The position numbers and the translations under genes are program-made. DNA of 64,000 bases from Phallusia mammillata (Eukaryota), in the NCBI GenBank assembly GCA_965637545.1, contig OZ281501.1, positions 15,376,001 through 15,440,000 on the forward strand, given 5' to 3'. Of the stretch, positions 31,488 through 44,488 are shown piece by piece; position 1 is the stretch's first letter, and every line of letters begins with the position of its first letter. The notes under the pieces were generated by a model that was not told the origin of the DNA, searched no databases, and saw nothing but the letters and a program-made list of their open reading frames with translations.

Positions 31488-34400
31488 ATGGGCACAGGCG
31501 CATCGAAAAACAAGGACAAGGGTGCGAATGAAAGACCAGAGGGGAGAGACAGAAGAATTCTAATCAAGGTACATGGTGATGCCCTGTGTGAAATGTATAT
31601 TGAACACAGGAACTTCTTTTAATCTTAGTTGTTGTGAAAATGAGTTGCACCCGTCACACCAAGGCTGCGAATTATTGTCGAAAAACAACGTTTTATTTGG
31701 TATGCAAAATGTTGAACGAAACCAAATTAGTTTGTTAACATGTTGCAAGTGGAACAGAATAATGTATGAGAATACAAACTAGATTTCTATGGACTTAAAC
31801 TGTTATAGGGGTTAAGACAGGACTCCGGTAAAGTGTATTGGCATAAGCAATTTATACACTCTAGACGCCCCTAGGGCAGATGGTTGATATAATCAAAGCG
31901 TCTTTTGGACGAGACAAGTCACATTTGCACTCCTACCCCAGCCAAGTTAAGCACTTTGACATTCTTGCCAATTTAAAAAGCTTGTTGCCTAAAAGAGTGG
32001 AATTTTGGGTTGGTAATGTATTAGAATTTAAAAAAAAGTTTTGTTTCCTTATTCTGAAAGGCCATAAAATGAGATAAAAGGTTCGTTAGTGGTTCGACTG
32101 ATCCATTGGTGGCAAAACCGAAGCGGGTCAGTTGGTCCAAAGTGCGACTTACGCCTCCTATCTCTGTGGAATTTCTAATAAAATCGGTTATTTGCAGACG
32201 CTCGGGGGCCACACAGGCGGCATCAACTGCATGGATATCTCAGCAGCACATCAGTTGCTCTTAACAGGTTCTGACGACAGAACGGCGCGACTTTGGGACC
32301 TGGTCACGTACGAATGCAAGGTGAAAAATAAAAATATCACCCTAAAAGTAGTTGCTTAAGCCAGAGATTGATATATTCCTGAAGTTATGTTCTAAGCTAA
32401 TACAGTGCTATGGGTGTAAGGTATAAGTGGAGAATAAACCCCAAATGCTGTTTGGTTAAGTTCTACACAATTGGGGTGACGTTGTCATAAAAATGGACGC
32501 TACAACAGTTTCCCAGACACAAGTGGACAAACAAACAACAACGTCCTATTAGTAATGCCCACATTTACTCAAACAAAATTTACCAAAATAATTGCCCAGT
32601 GGGGTTTAAAGTAATTCACGACAGATTGACGACAACTTTTTTAATCGGCTACTAGCAAACATACCGTTCCAGTTCTTTTTTTTTTTTGAACGGAGAATGC
32701 TCAATTACAGAAACACCAGTTCCATAAAATCTCTGGCATGTTTAATGGCTTAAGCCGGAATATACTTGATTAACACCTACATTTAGCCTGCAAAAAGACG
32801 ATGTCTACAATCGCCAGCAAGCCTGAAATCACATTACTTGGTTTCTGTTTGTCGCTGTACGTGGCGCTTTGAATAGTAAATTGAAAACTAAAATAGGAGA
32901 AACTCCCTATTCGTCGCTAACCCATTGAAACCGACTGAAGTCTAAAGGATGGAACAAAGACGCGAATTTGATTCAACATTTGATTACTGTTTCGTGGTCG
33001 TTAAAGCCGAAACCCACGCGCAATTTTAGATTATAAACCGTAAAACCTCGTAACTCTGTTTAAACAACAACCTGAATAGGGCGTGTTAGGAGGATATGTA
33101 TAGTTTGTGAATGGGATAATAATCTCGCTAGATTCGGTCTCCGAAAGTTATGCACAATAACAGCTTCTACAACTTTCTGAAACAATCAAAATATGTTCAA
33201 AACCAATTTTCGGCCAAAAAATACAACAAATCACATGCCATGAAACAATATAAAGTGTTAGGCGTCAATTAATAACCCTTCGACCTTTGGCATATTGTTG
33301 CGACTATCATATATTTACACTGTATTGTGTACAAAGCAGTTGACCAATCCACATGACGTACACAAGGGCCTGTCCGTGGTTTTAAGCAAACAACGAGATG
33401 CTACAATATTTTGAAGGTTGGAGCCATTTTAAATTTTATAGCAGTCTGCTTTTTGTGGTTGTGGTTAAATTAAGGCTATATTTGCAATGCGTACCGTTAC
33501 TGCTAAAAAAGCAACAGCAACAAATGGGTGGTTTAGGTTAGGTTCTGTATTTTTGCGAGCATCCCATTACTAGTTTACAATCGAAAATACATCAACGTCC
33601 CTTTTATGTGATTTTAACTTCATCAAATTCTTTCGAAAGTTAGAAACTGTGTTTTCAAAATGACATCAGTATATAAGCAACGCCGGGTATTGAACGCAAT
33701 ACATGGTAAGTACATGAAATATCAATAGCTGATAAACTACAACTGCAAGACTAAAACAACTGCAAGACTATAGAATGACAACACAAACGCATTTTTGTAC
33801 AATATCAAAAATGTTTTCAACAACAAGAAGGCTTTTGATGTTACTCGCAGTCAATTTCTATTTGTTTCATACAAAATATTCCTAATAAACCGAAATTTGG
33901 TAATTTCATCATTACAGTAGGCCGTATGATGCAAGTATCGCATTTCAGATGTTTCATAGAGGTTAACTACATTACAGGTGGTACTTGAAGGACATACGGG
34001 CTATGTAAGTTGCTGTAAGTTGTGGCAAGGCCATTTCGCCTTGACGGGAAGTTTCGACAGAACTGTACGAAAGTGGAATACGGTGTCTGGAAACTGCGTC
34101 CTTAAGCTTGAACAACACAGGTAAATTTTCACACATTTATAATTGAAGACCCAATATACGGACAAATCTGGATAGTTGCATATTAAATATATTTGCAGAA
34201 GATTCGTGAAAGCTTTAATACAGTGGTTCTCAACTGTTGGTCCACAGGACGTCCACTGAATTTGGTGATAAACTGAAGATGATTGTATATTATACATTGA
34301 AGAAGAGTCATAATCTTAATTGTCAATAATTTTGGCACACTTCTAAAAAAATCAGTTTTAAAGATGTGTGTTTCAAACTAAAATGCTTGTTGCGTATGCT

Positions 34401-37400
34401 AACCTCAAGCTTGCTTAAATTTTGGAATGGTACACAATATTATTTTTACAGCGCTGGTCCATGGCCTGAAACGAGTTGGGAACCACTGCTTTAATCAGCT
34501 TATCATATGTTATAAAAATCTATTAGGTATACTGATAATTTCGTAGTTATAGGTCCGTAAAGAACTCTTTTACTAGAGAAATACCTGCTAGATGAAAGTT
34601 TCATTTCTAAACACCATGTTAGTAGTGGGTTTCTTGCATCCACATTAGCTTCGAAAAGCACACACACAAAATATTTTAGCGGCAATGTTAAGAGTCATCA
34701 ACGTCTAATTCAAACAATGACAAGGCCATATAGGCAACAAGGCATTTTTGAAACGCCTCCTGCTCTTAATCCAAGGTCCAAATTTCAAATTCCAAGTCGT
34801 CAATAACCTCGCGAAGTGGCTGCTATCTATCAGTTATCAGTTCAAGGTCACTAAACGACCTTGACACCGGCGTGTCCACATTTGTAGTTCGTAGGAAGAT
34901 GTAGTAAACAGTGCAAAAGTGCGCTTTAATTCACTTTCAAAAGCAAATGTTTTACTCTGGATATGAAAAGATTTTATACGATTTTTTTTATCGAGAAGGG
35001 ACTATTTGCAATAGGAATGACTCGCCACTTAAAAGGATAACTTCGAAACACAATCTCGTAGCAAGTTTTTACAGGCCGCAGAAGTTATACTCATCGAAAA
35101 AAAGTCCAATAAAAGAAAATCATACAACAAAGTAATACCCCACTTAACTTTTTTTTTCAAAAAACACAATTCGGTATTTATTTCCAATGTCGCCATCTAT
35201 TTTAAATGTGAACCACCATTTATTGCAGTTAAACCATTTTTAAATATTATGAAAATTGGTAATTTCGATAACAAAACCCTTAACGGAAAAACCATCATTT
35301 AAATCAGCTTATTGCATTCAATACAGTGCAAGGGTTGTGTACATAATAGCTAATACGGGAAGTAGGCTAGCTCTACAAGAAGCTATACCATACGGATCTA
35401 CATGATATTGATACCTTCGCCAAAGCTTGATCATATTGTACAGAAAATAGCCTTGGTAACAGTTGACATATAAAAACCCAACATACACACGTGGTTGAAA
35501 ATATCAATAGCGGAAATTAAACTTAATATCGACGCAATTACTGGGTGAAAACCACGACAATGGGACGGAATGATAGCGATAAAATATGAGCGTCTATATT
35601 TTCTCCAGCATTTGCGTCAGCGAGTAAATTTTTTATGAGTCCTTCATGTCGAAGTAGTAATCAGCAGAGTGTCGTTGCCAGGCCATGAATAATTAGCCCA
35701 AATCTATCGCCCAACACCTGAGCGTTGTTGCGACTTCACACCTTATTTCTTTCAATTCATGTACGCTATCTAAGTTAAACAACCTTGCGTAAAGTTGAAA
35801 TTTCGTCCAATGGATAATAAGGATCAGGAGAAATACGAAGTACCGAACTGAAATGTTCTATTGAAGAAAATAGCGTGTATGTCATAACAAGACCTAACAT
35901 GTACCAATATAAATATTTTGCATTGAAAAGACTGAAGTTCAAAATGTTTTGATGCAAAAACGAACTGTGAAAAAGACTGAGTCAGAGCGGATCATTGTAA
36001 AAGTGACTTTCGACGAAACAACGTAACATGAGTTATCAGTCAATGCGCTAAAAGTTGCACTTTTTTAATAAAGATTAAGCGCAAAAACTGTTTTTCCATT
36101 GGTAACTTTCGTGCACCAAACGACCACTTTTTAATGTAACACAAGGTACGATTGCACAATTAACACAAGATAACAACTGACTCTTAAACTTTTCATGCAG
36201 TGGGATCGTCAACCGAATGTTGGTGTACGGTGAATTCTTGTTCACAACATCTTACGACAGTTGTGTTGTGTGTTGGAACCTACGCGATGGGGAAGCTTCT
36301 AGAATATTTCGCGGTCATACCAAGAGCGTTTTGCCCCTTGCGTACGTGGAAGGCCCCGAACACGACCTCAATGGTGCGACCGATTTGGACAAGAACAAAG
36401 ACACGATTATTACAGGTATATTTGTTGAAAATTAAGCCAGCTCTACATGAAAGTTTTGAATGTAAACAAGATGAGGAATTCTTAAATGTTATAACTTTTT
36501 GAAATTAGAACTTAAACAAGATGGCAGCTTTTGTTGGTAAAAAGTCCTTTGGGTTATATTTTGCTAAAAATGAAAGATAGCCTACATGATCACCAATCAT
36601 TTGTGGTCAACCAATATTTTTTTTTGTTATTACTGAAAACAGGTTCAAGACCCTTTCCAAGCATAAAGAATAAAAATTACGGTTTCTACTCGTACAAATC
36701 ACTCTGACTACTAGACGAAATGTATACATAAACTTTCCTTCATACTCAACCAGCAATTATACACAACTAATCCTACATTTCGACGTGTCATTCGGGGCGT
36801 CCTCATCAGGGTAATCAGTTTACCCTGAAATATGCCTGGCAACACTATATTCATTAAAATGTATATATATTATAGAGGTCAGCCCAAGTAAATATATTTT
36901 TCTTACTGCTTTCAGGCTCAATGGACAAAACCGCCAGGCTATGGAGCGTAACTTCAGGAACGTCGCTAAAAACTTTTCGAGGACACAAGGGCGCCATCTT
37001 GTGCCTAGCGATCGATATGGAAAATCGAATGCTTTTTACAGGTTAGTATAATCATTCACAATTAGCTAATATTAAGCAAATTCAAATCCCTGCTTTTTAC
37101 TTGTCAATGCTAACTCGTTCGTTTGACCTTTTGGGCTGACGAAAACACACAATAAAACAAATATTTATCCATTGTTGAGCAACGACAACCTTAAACATAG
37201 GTCACCAAATTACGTTCAAGGCGTATTTAAGGGATCTTGTCGACAAAGGAAATCGCGTGCGACACCGAAAGGCCGCAAAATTAATTTTGTTTTCTGACAA
37301 AGCCCTCTATTGGTGGAGCTCGATTTTGGAGACATTCTTAAAGCGGACGACCGCAATTGTAGTTTAATGTAAACCACACACTTGAATACATGGACTGGCG

Positions 37401-40339
37401 GGTTACTTAAATTATATAATGTTGGCACCTCGCAATTTCATGTGTATTTTCTAGCGCTTCAACGAAGAAAGAACGACCTGCCAATTTAATGCTGTAAATG
37501 TAAACGAACGCATATTAATTTTAATTACATGTTAAACAAACAATATTTCTGACTAAACCACGTGTGCAACATTTTCTTATTTAACATACAACACAAAACA
37601 AAGACAATCCGCATAGTTACCCAATATGTACAAAAGCATCGCTTGTTTCAACGCAATAAAAAACAATTCCTAGAGTTAATAAGCAAATACATGAAACCAA
37701 CTTATAAATTGACCAAAAACCAACAGATAAAGCTTTCCGTTAACAGCAAACATTTTTGAAACCTACTAATCAAACAGATAGATACCCAAGATGTCTTATT
37801 ATCTTATTACCACAACGTTTCGTTCAACAGGTTCGACCGACAACACAATCAAGAAGTGGAACATGTCAACGGGCGGGCTTCTTAAGTCGTTTCGGGGTCA
37901 TGAAGGTTCAATCATAAGTTTACAGGTAAGCAAGATAACAATACATTTACCAATATGTCAACAAATATTTCATTAATTACCATATTTCCTGCTTTAATGA
38001 AGTCATGCTGTTGTTATCCACCATCAAAAAGGCAGGTTTAGGCGAAAACAAGATGTAAAGATCACATTCTAGCTCATGAAATAACTGTTTCGATTCTTTT
38101 AACACATGTAAAAAAATATGGCAACAATTGCTCAAGACAAAATTTGTTACACCACAGGTTCACCATCGGCTACTGTACAGTGCCAGCCTCGATGCAACCG
38201 CGCGTTGTTGGGTAGCGGAGTTTGGCGACACCACGCGGAAGTATATCGGCCATGATCATATGGTATCCGACATGAAGTACCATCATGGAATAGGCAAGTA
38301 TTACAAGATAGTTATAAAGCAATAATAAAACTGTTACTTACGAAGAGCCACTGATATAGCATTTAAATTTTATTTTGGGATTTTATTGTAAGTTATTAAA
38401 TTTTGCTGCTGACAAAGAGTTGTAAGTCGGGTCGAGTTCGGACAAAAGTTTAAATGAAACTGGCTTACTTCTGGCCTGATTTCGCATGCGGGCCCATTTG
38501 TGTCGCAATTTATCGACTTTTACGCCTGATTCATGCCTGCCTTAACAAGATTTTGGACCAAGTTTCAGACATGATACTTACTGGCGGGACATTTCTATGT
38601 TTGTTACGCTTATAACAAGATTCTGTTTTAGTGTTTACTGGTTCGGGTGATAACAACGTTCGTGCGTTTGACGCGAAGTCTGGAACATTAAAGCGAACGT
38701 TCAAGGGCCACAAATTTGTTGTCAACTGTCTACTGGTAAGTTCTTAAATAAGACTTCTGAAAAATTCATTTTAGACCGCAGCTACGAATTTAAACCACGT
38801 AGGACCCTTGTCAGCGTAATGTCATAACAGACTACAAGAATTTTTTTAGACGGAAACTGACGATGTCTAAATAGGCGAAATTAATATTTTCTGTTTTATA
38901 AATAAAAGATTACACTGACGCTGACCGTCTGCCACTCTTTTCGAGTATATTTTGTATATACGTAGGACCATTTTACCCTTTTATGTCCTTAAACAGTGTA
39001 TATAGCTTAAAAAACAGCCAATTCTAAGTCCATAGATTAAATATTTGGTCAAAGCAACCACCTGTATCATGTACATTATTTACAGCCATACAACGACACA
39101 GTATTGAGTGCGTCCTATGATGGCAGCGTAAAAGTGTGGAACATTGCCGACCTGCTGCGTGATAAAATCGGTGCGTCCACCACAACGCTTGGTTCATCAG
39201 GACCAGTATCGCGAAGCCACCGACGAAATTCATCACTAAGGGAAAACGACATTGTGAACATGAAACACGACAAACCGACTAACGGGGACCAGCACATGAA
39301 GGCACAAAACCCCGCCATGTTTCAAGCAGGGAAAGTTCCTATATCGAGAGAACGTTCAACAGTTTCAAGAACCGAGCCACAGAGAGTTAAAGGGCCAAGG
39401 CGGGGTGGAAATACAAAAGTCGCACCGGTTAATAGGAACGGAAACAACAATGTACAGGGCGGTGAAGACTTCTTGGATTTCGATTATATAAACGACCAAC
39501 TGCAGGATTTGCTCGAAGGAGAGGATTATTGGGCCGAAGGTTCGACTCAGAGTTCTATGGTTAACCTCAAAGCCTCAACGGAAAGCGGGAAAAATTCAAA
39601 TGCTAGCAATGGTGTGAGAGCTGCGCAAAGGACAGCAACTCCTAAGAAAACCTCACAAGGAAAACCGTACGGCAGGTAAAGCATCCTATATTTTTATACT
39701 CAACGCAATTTGGCTTAATGTTTTCAAACCATTTCACCTTCATTGTAACCTATGTAAAATATACTTGACAAGCGAGTCACTGGTAGACAGTGTAATTATA
39801 ATGAAAAAAAAACAAGTTTCATTTGATCTTAACTGAAGCATTTTATTTCCAGCCCTGCAAGGGTGCTCACTAAACGCGAAAGTTCGGATCTTCTGAAAAA
39901 GCGCCCTCGAACGGATTCAACCGCGTCAGCACGCAGCCGCGAGATGGCGAGCGAGAGCGACCTCGCTCTGGTTGACGAGGAAATGCATATGGTTGCTATG
40001 GAGACGTCTTCGAACACCAGTGGTTACCGCACAGCCGAAAACAACAGTCTTACATCGTCGCCACTGGGGACGTCGAAAGCAAGAACAGAAAGCGTAAATA
40101 AATCGTCAAAAAAATCATCGGTGTCGTTTTCACCCACGGTGTCTATGACGCCAAGTCGAGAACGCGATTTGACGTCACATGGTGGGTCGCGACGGCCTCA
40201 GACCGTTGAGACGTCCGAGATACGTACTAAAGCTAAGTTAAAGCACAGAGATTCGACTGTATCGAATGGGAGTGTGCCACGTGCATTGAGCGCACGCGAA
40301 CGTAAACAATTGGAGCAGGAGATTTTGGACATGGTATGA
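31488..40339 (+). CDS. WDR86: WD repeat-containing protein 86-like with long C-terminal extension, about 699 aa
   Basis: Exons: 31488-31568, 32198-32320, 33978-34120, 36201-36415, 36916-37041, 37831-37925, 38158-38293, 38632-38735, 39086-39675, 39853-40339, phase-consistent, 2100 nt. About 8 GH...WD/WN repeats. Segments GHTGGINC...LLTGSDDRTARLW, IVNRMLV and FTGSGDNNVRAFDAKSGTLKRTFKGHKFVVNC closely resemble vertebrate WDR86 as recalled. N-terminus is MGTGASK. The 3' end is uncertain because 40334 is also a good splice donor. Confidence 0.85.
34221..34488. mobile_element. hAT-type MITE, 268 bp, WDR86 intron 3
   Basis: TIRs CAGTGGTTCTCAAC / GTTGGGAACCACTG, TSD ctttaata/ctttaatc. Confidence 0.85.
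36765..36820 (-). ncRNA. Type I minimal hammerhead ribozyme motif, intact core (antisense, WDR86 intron 4)
   Basis: Minus strand: AACUGAU(UA)CC-CUGAUGA-G-GACG[CCCCGAAUGACA]CGUC-GAAA-UGUA^GGAUUAGUU. Stem I is 9 bp with a 2-nt bulge, stem II is 4 bp, stem III is minimal. Confidence 0.75.
38416..38515 (+). repeat. Related AGAGTTG-ended fragment in the GC-AG intron of WDR86
   Basis: AGAGTTGTaagtcgggtcgagtt...aatgaaac...cctgatttc...catttgtg. Confidence 0.55.
38848..38896 (+). ncRNA. Type I minimal hammerhead ribozyme motif, intact core (sense, WDR86 intron 8)
   Basis: AGACGGAAA-CUGACGA-U-GUCU[AAAU]AGGC-GAAA-UUAAUA^UUUUCUGUUU. Stem II is 4 bp, stem III is the palindrome AUUAAU, and stem I has 5 contiguous pairs. 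Confidence 0.55.
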
Positions 40340-40811
40340 CACTGCCATATATCAAGGCCTCGTTTGGTACTTGGAGTTCATCGACAACACCCAGTGTACA
40401 AACACAAGCAGCTTGTTCAATCATATTTGAAAACGATGTCACCAGTGTTTCGATAGTAATTTGTTAGTATTTTCTTGTCGGTATTGCAGACCAAGAGCGT
40501 TATGTGTAATGAAAAAGTCTCAAAAACATTTATTTTTCATGATTTTCAGCACCTATATATGTACCTACTAACCAAATCCATGACCGAGATTATAGACTTC
40601 ACATATTTTTATTGTCTTGATTATAAAACTGACACAAAGAAAATTTTAAGAAATCTGTCCAAACATTTATATTTCGCCCTTTCCTGTTTTCGTCAACTCA
40701 TACCATCCATTTGTGCAATGTTCCCACATATATTGTCACTTGTGGCCCGCCCAAGAATTTTATGGATTTTCGTCTGCATTGAAGCAATTGCTTTGAACAC
40801 TGTGAGTGTAA

Positions 40812-40817
40812 AATAAA
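40812..40817 (+). terminator. WDR86 polyadenylation signal (candidate)
   Basis: AATAAA about 470 nt after the putative stop, convergent with the RRP8 3' end. Confidence 0.35.
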
Positions 40818-41600
40818 ACCACACATGTGATTGTTACACAACAACAATGTTGTGTATTGCTTTGTTCACCCGGAATATTCCTAAGACGAAAGTGCTAGCA
40901 AAATGCAAGCAATTAAGAGATACTACATTTTGCCTGAATTCTGCTGTACCATGGAGTCCATTGATACATGTTGGGACAAATATCAATTTAAGTAGGAGAC
41001 AGATTGGGCATACTAGCCAATGTGACTTTTGTCTTGTCACCAACTGTACTGCTAAGAGCTTATAGGTCGAAACAGTGTGCACTGTTTGTAGCTTACTTGT
41101 CAGTTATTGGCTTGATGCTTTTTTAAGAGCTAGGGTAACATCAATGTTAAGTCGTTAATAGAAACATACTGCTGTACCAACCAGAAACAAATTAACTTAC
41201 TTACATAATCAACCTCATAATTGCAACTATTGTGTCAATTTAACAATGGGTTTTTTCGGCTGTAAGGTAGGGCATACAGTAAATAAATGAGCAACACACA
41301 CTTGCAAACAAACGTTAAAGCCCAGAGTGGACCAGTGATGTCCTTCACAACACCAACAGGACATTTGAATCAGTCCAGTCCTGAACCTTTGACCAAAGCA
41401 AAATCAGCCTAACATGCTTTCTCAGCACATTATTCTATTCTACTGTATGTACTCAATAAAAACTGTCTATTATAGGAACGTTTGCCCACCTTTCATCAAG
41501 CTGTTGACCTTATCTCATCTGTATGAATCCACTTTCACTGCAACTTACACTAACAGCTTCTGTTGAACATGTTGGTTATCCAATAAAATGAAAAAAAACT

Positions 41601-41606
41601 TTTATT
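41601..41606 (-). terminator. RRP8 polyadenylation signal
   Basis: AATAAA on the minus strand, 13 nt after the stop codon. Confidence 0.6.
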
Positions 41607-41619
41607 CTGCTTGAAGCCA

Positions 41620-44472
41620 TCATCTCTTTTTGTACAGACATGGTTGAAGTTTTAACTTTGGCATATTGCTTTCATCAAATTTCGCGGCGGTGATGTGTTT
41701 TGTTTTCCGAAAGTCAAACATATAAAAATGGGTGTTGCTGACATCCTGTCAAATCATTGTATAACAATCAAAGTACATGTACATTATGCTAGACTAAAGT
41801 TGATAATATGTTCAACAGACTAGATAAGTACCTTTTTAATCAATTCAAATCCCAGCTTTTTCAAGTTCAAAATGAATCCTTTAGGGTTATGAAAACGACT
41901 AGCTACTTCAGCAATTTTTAAAATTGATCTGCAGAGTAAACCATATATTTGTCAAAAAAAATGAATGTCAAAACTGTTAATTTCTAGTTACAATGTTTAC
42001 CAAGAAACACAAAACACAAAGCCCCACAAAAATTTATGTTAAAGCAAAGATGTGTTGACAAAAATTGTACTCTATTATGCTAGCACAGTGGCAAAGGTAG
42101 CAAAGGTATGCTGCAAAACAAAATAATTAAAATACAAAAATTTATTGTTTTCACCAGTTTAAAACGTCTAAATCAGGGGTGGGCGACCTTTTTTACTGTG
42201 GGGCCAATTACAATTGTCAAAATTAGATCGCGGGCTGCACCTGTGAATAACACAAGGCATTTTACTTTGTTGCTTACTAAATATGCTTAAATACAAGCAA
42301 AATTCACACTTGATTCCAGTCACATATTGCCAGGTTGCAGAAAACTAGCATTAGGCGCATTAATCTGCTCAAAAATATCTAACAGTTGGACTCGTTTGCC
42401 AGTACATTTTAAATCCAAGCGTCTCTGGGGGCCGCACAACCTTTAATGAAGGGCCGCATTTGGCCCACGGGCCACAGGTTGCCCACCCCTGGTCTAAATA
42501 ATACAATATAATGGAAACTAAGATGTGAATATTGCAGTGCTTTCAAAAAATTCTGATTAATATTGGATTCCTTGCCAACGTCTTATTGCAAATATATATA
42601 ACTTACTTTATTTTAAGAACCCTGTTTGCCTCAAGCAAAAACTCAACAAAGTTAGTTCCCATAAGTGATAAGCAAAAGACAGCAACATCCACAGACTGAT
42701 CTTCCAAAGGAACCTACATAAAAAGATTAATTAGTATAAATATATTGCTTCTAAACAATTAACCAATCATAAAAATATCACACCTTATCACACTATAAAC
42801 CAAAAAAGTTTTAATGAAAAAACAGCCAGTAATAATAATAATAATAACAAAAAATGCATAGGTTTAATGGACACATCTGAAAGACAAAACATTGTGGTTA
42901 TTCAATGATATATCTGTATGATATTTAACGTACGGTAGAAACAATGATACATTAAAAAAATACTAATCAAAATTTAAACAAGAATGATTTAATTTTATAA
43001 CTTGTCACTAAAAAAAGCAAATTGGCGTCGATTTAGACATACCTTGGTTATATCTGCCACAGTAACAAACTTATTGACTGCAACTAAATCAAATGAATGG
43101 ACAACATTCTTTACATTTTGAGCAAGGAATGCTTCTCCACAACCAAAGTCAGCAACAACAAGTTTTGGGGATCTGCAAACATTAAAGAAGCTAAACAAAA
43201 GTTTATGGTCTATAATTTTTAAACAGATTAGTCCAGGGCCAGCAAACTTTTTATATTAACCAATCTCAACCAGATATTAACTTGCAGACCGACAAAAACA
43301 CTGAATGCTTAGTGTGTGCAAAATATTACTGGCCTTGAGACTAGGTGCTTATGTAAGATTAGATTACCAATTTTTATTTGCCAGTAACAGTCTACAAAGA
43401 AAAAGTATATGCATTAAACCCTGGTTAAACAAGATTCGGTCAATCAGGATAATCACCTAATTTTGACAAATTTTTTGGCTCAAATGAGTCGGAGGTATAC
43501 TGTACATATCAGTTACAGATGTGTTATATTCCTGCACAATCATAAATATATAATCAATCCTCACAAAAATTGTTAGTAAAAGTGAATAACAAAAAAGAAA
43601 ACAAAGTAACTAAAAACTTATCAAGTGGTGAAAAAAATCATTTATGATTCAAACTTGTTAAATATCTTCATTTTTTATGTTTAATTTAACACCAACCTTG
43701 CTTTTATCCAGGAAATCATAAGATCTAGAGGTTTTACAGGCCATTTGGAAACTTGGTTTAAATATCCTTTGTGATAGATGCTAAATGCTTGAGGGTCATT
43801 TTCAAATAATTGTACTGTTTCTTTACTATGACTGGTATACATCTGCAAATGAAAACACAGATATTTTACAAAAAGTCAAATCCCTGCTAAAAATGTCAAA
43901 AGCTAAATTATCTCATAAAGTTTATTAATGTAAGTGTTCTAAAATTTTACCTGTTCATTGATAAATCGAAAGCGGGAGGAACTTAGTTTATTTAAGAGTT
44001 TCTCTTGAAGGCCTCCCACATTTTCCTTTCTCTCATATGCATTTTGTGGCGTGGGCATTGAAAAGTTGATCTTGTCATCATCATTGGATTTCCCCTCAAA
44101 ACGCTTCTGTTTTGCCTTTGGAGGCCCTTTATTAATTTTACTCAAAGGTTTAGTTCTAGTATTTAAATTTAATAAATCAGTATCTTCAGTGTCATTATCT
44201 TGTTGGGGTTCCGAATTTCCATTTAAATCTGTATTTTTTTGTGGTTGTGTGTCTCCACCGGGGTTGTTTCGCTTCTTTGCTCTTCTTTTGTTCTTCTGTC
44301 TTCTTTTCCAACGTTCTCTAGTGAGTTTTAACTTTGGGTCAACTGCTTTTGTGCTTGTAGGTGTAGCTTTCACCAAATTCTCAGTAGCATTGGCAGAAAC
44401 GTTTCCAAACAATGCATCAGTCAGAGGCTTGTCATTCGTGCCAGATTCCCAATCATCTGCCGACTGGAACAT
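41620..44472 (-). CDS. RRP8: Ribosomal RNA-processing protein 8 / nucleomethylin (rRNA m1A SAM-dependent methyltransferase), about 375 aa
   Basis: Minus-strand exons: 44472-43951, 43842-43697, 43172-43043, 42713-42607, 41928-41832, 41745-41620. GT-AG, phase-consistent, 1128 nt. Motifs [69 protein letters not shown] and LQPCLYKKR*. The ATG at 44472 (MFQSADDW) is preferred over the GTG at 44478. Confidence 0.95.
42174..42491. mobile_element. hAT-type MITE, 318 bp, in an RRP8 intron
   Basis: TIRs CAGGGGTGGGCGACCT / AGGTTGCCCACCCCTG, perfect TSD gtctaaat. Confidence 0.92.
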
Positions 44473-44488
44473 CTTCACAAAAGCAATT

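Noticed and set aside
32132-32197. ORF-track N-terminus MVQSATYASYLCG... for the WD40 protein
   Set aside because: Intronic. A strong branch point and acceptor at 32197 join in phase to the MGTGASK exon.
40490-40816. Possible additional WDR86 exon after the donor-like site at 40334
   Set aside because: Acceptors at 40489 and 40549 are in frame, but the peptide has AT-rich, non-coding-like composition. Treated as 3'UTR, though not excluded without cDNA.
41746-43950. Intronic C/D snoRNAs in RRP8 (common in ribosome-biogenesis genes)
   Set aside because: No RTGATGA box C found by eye on the sense strand of these introns. H/ACA RNAs cannot be excluded without a covariance search.
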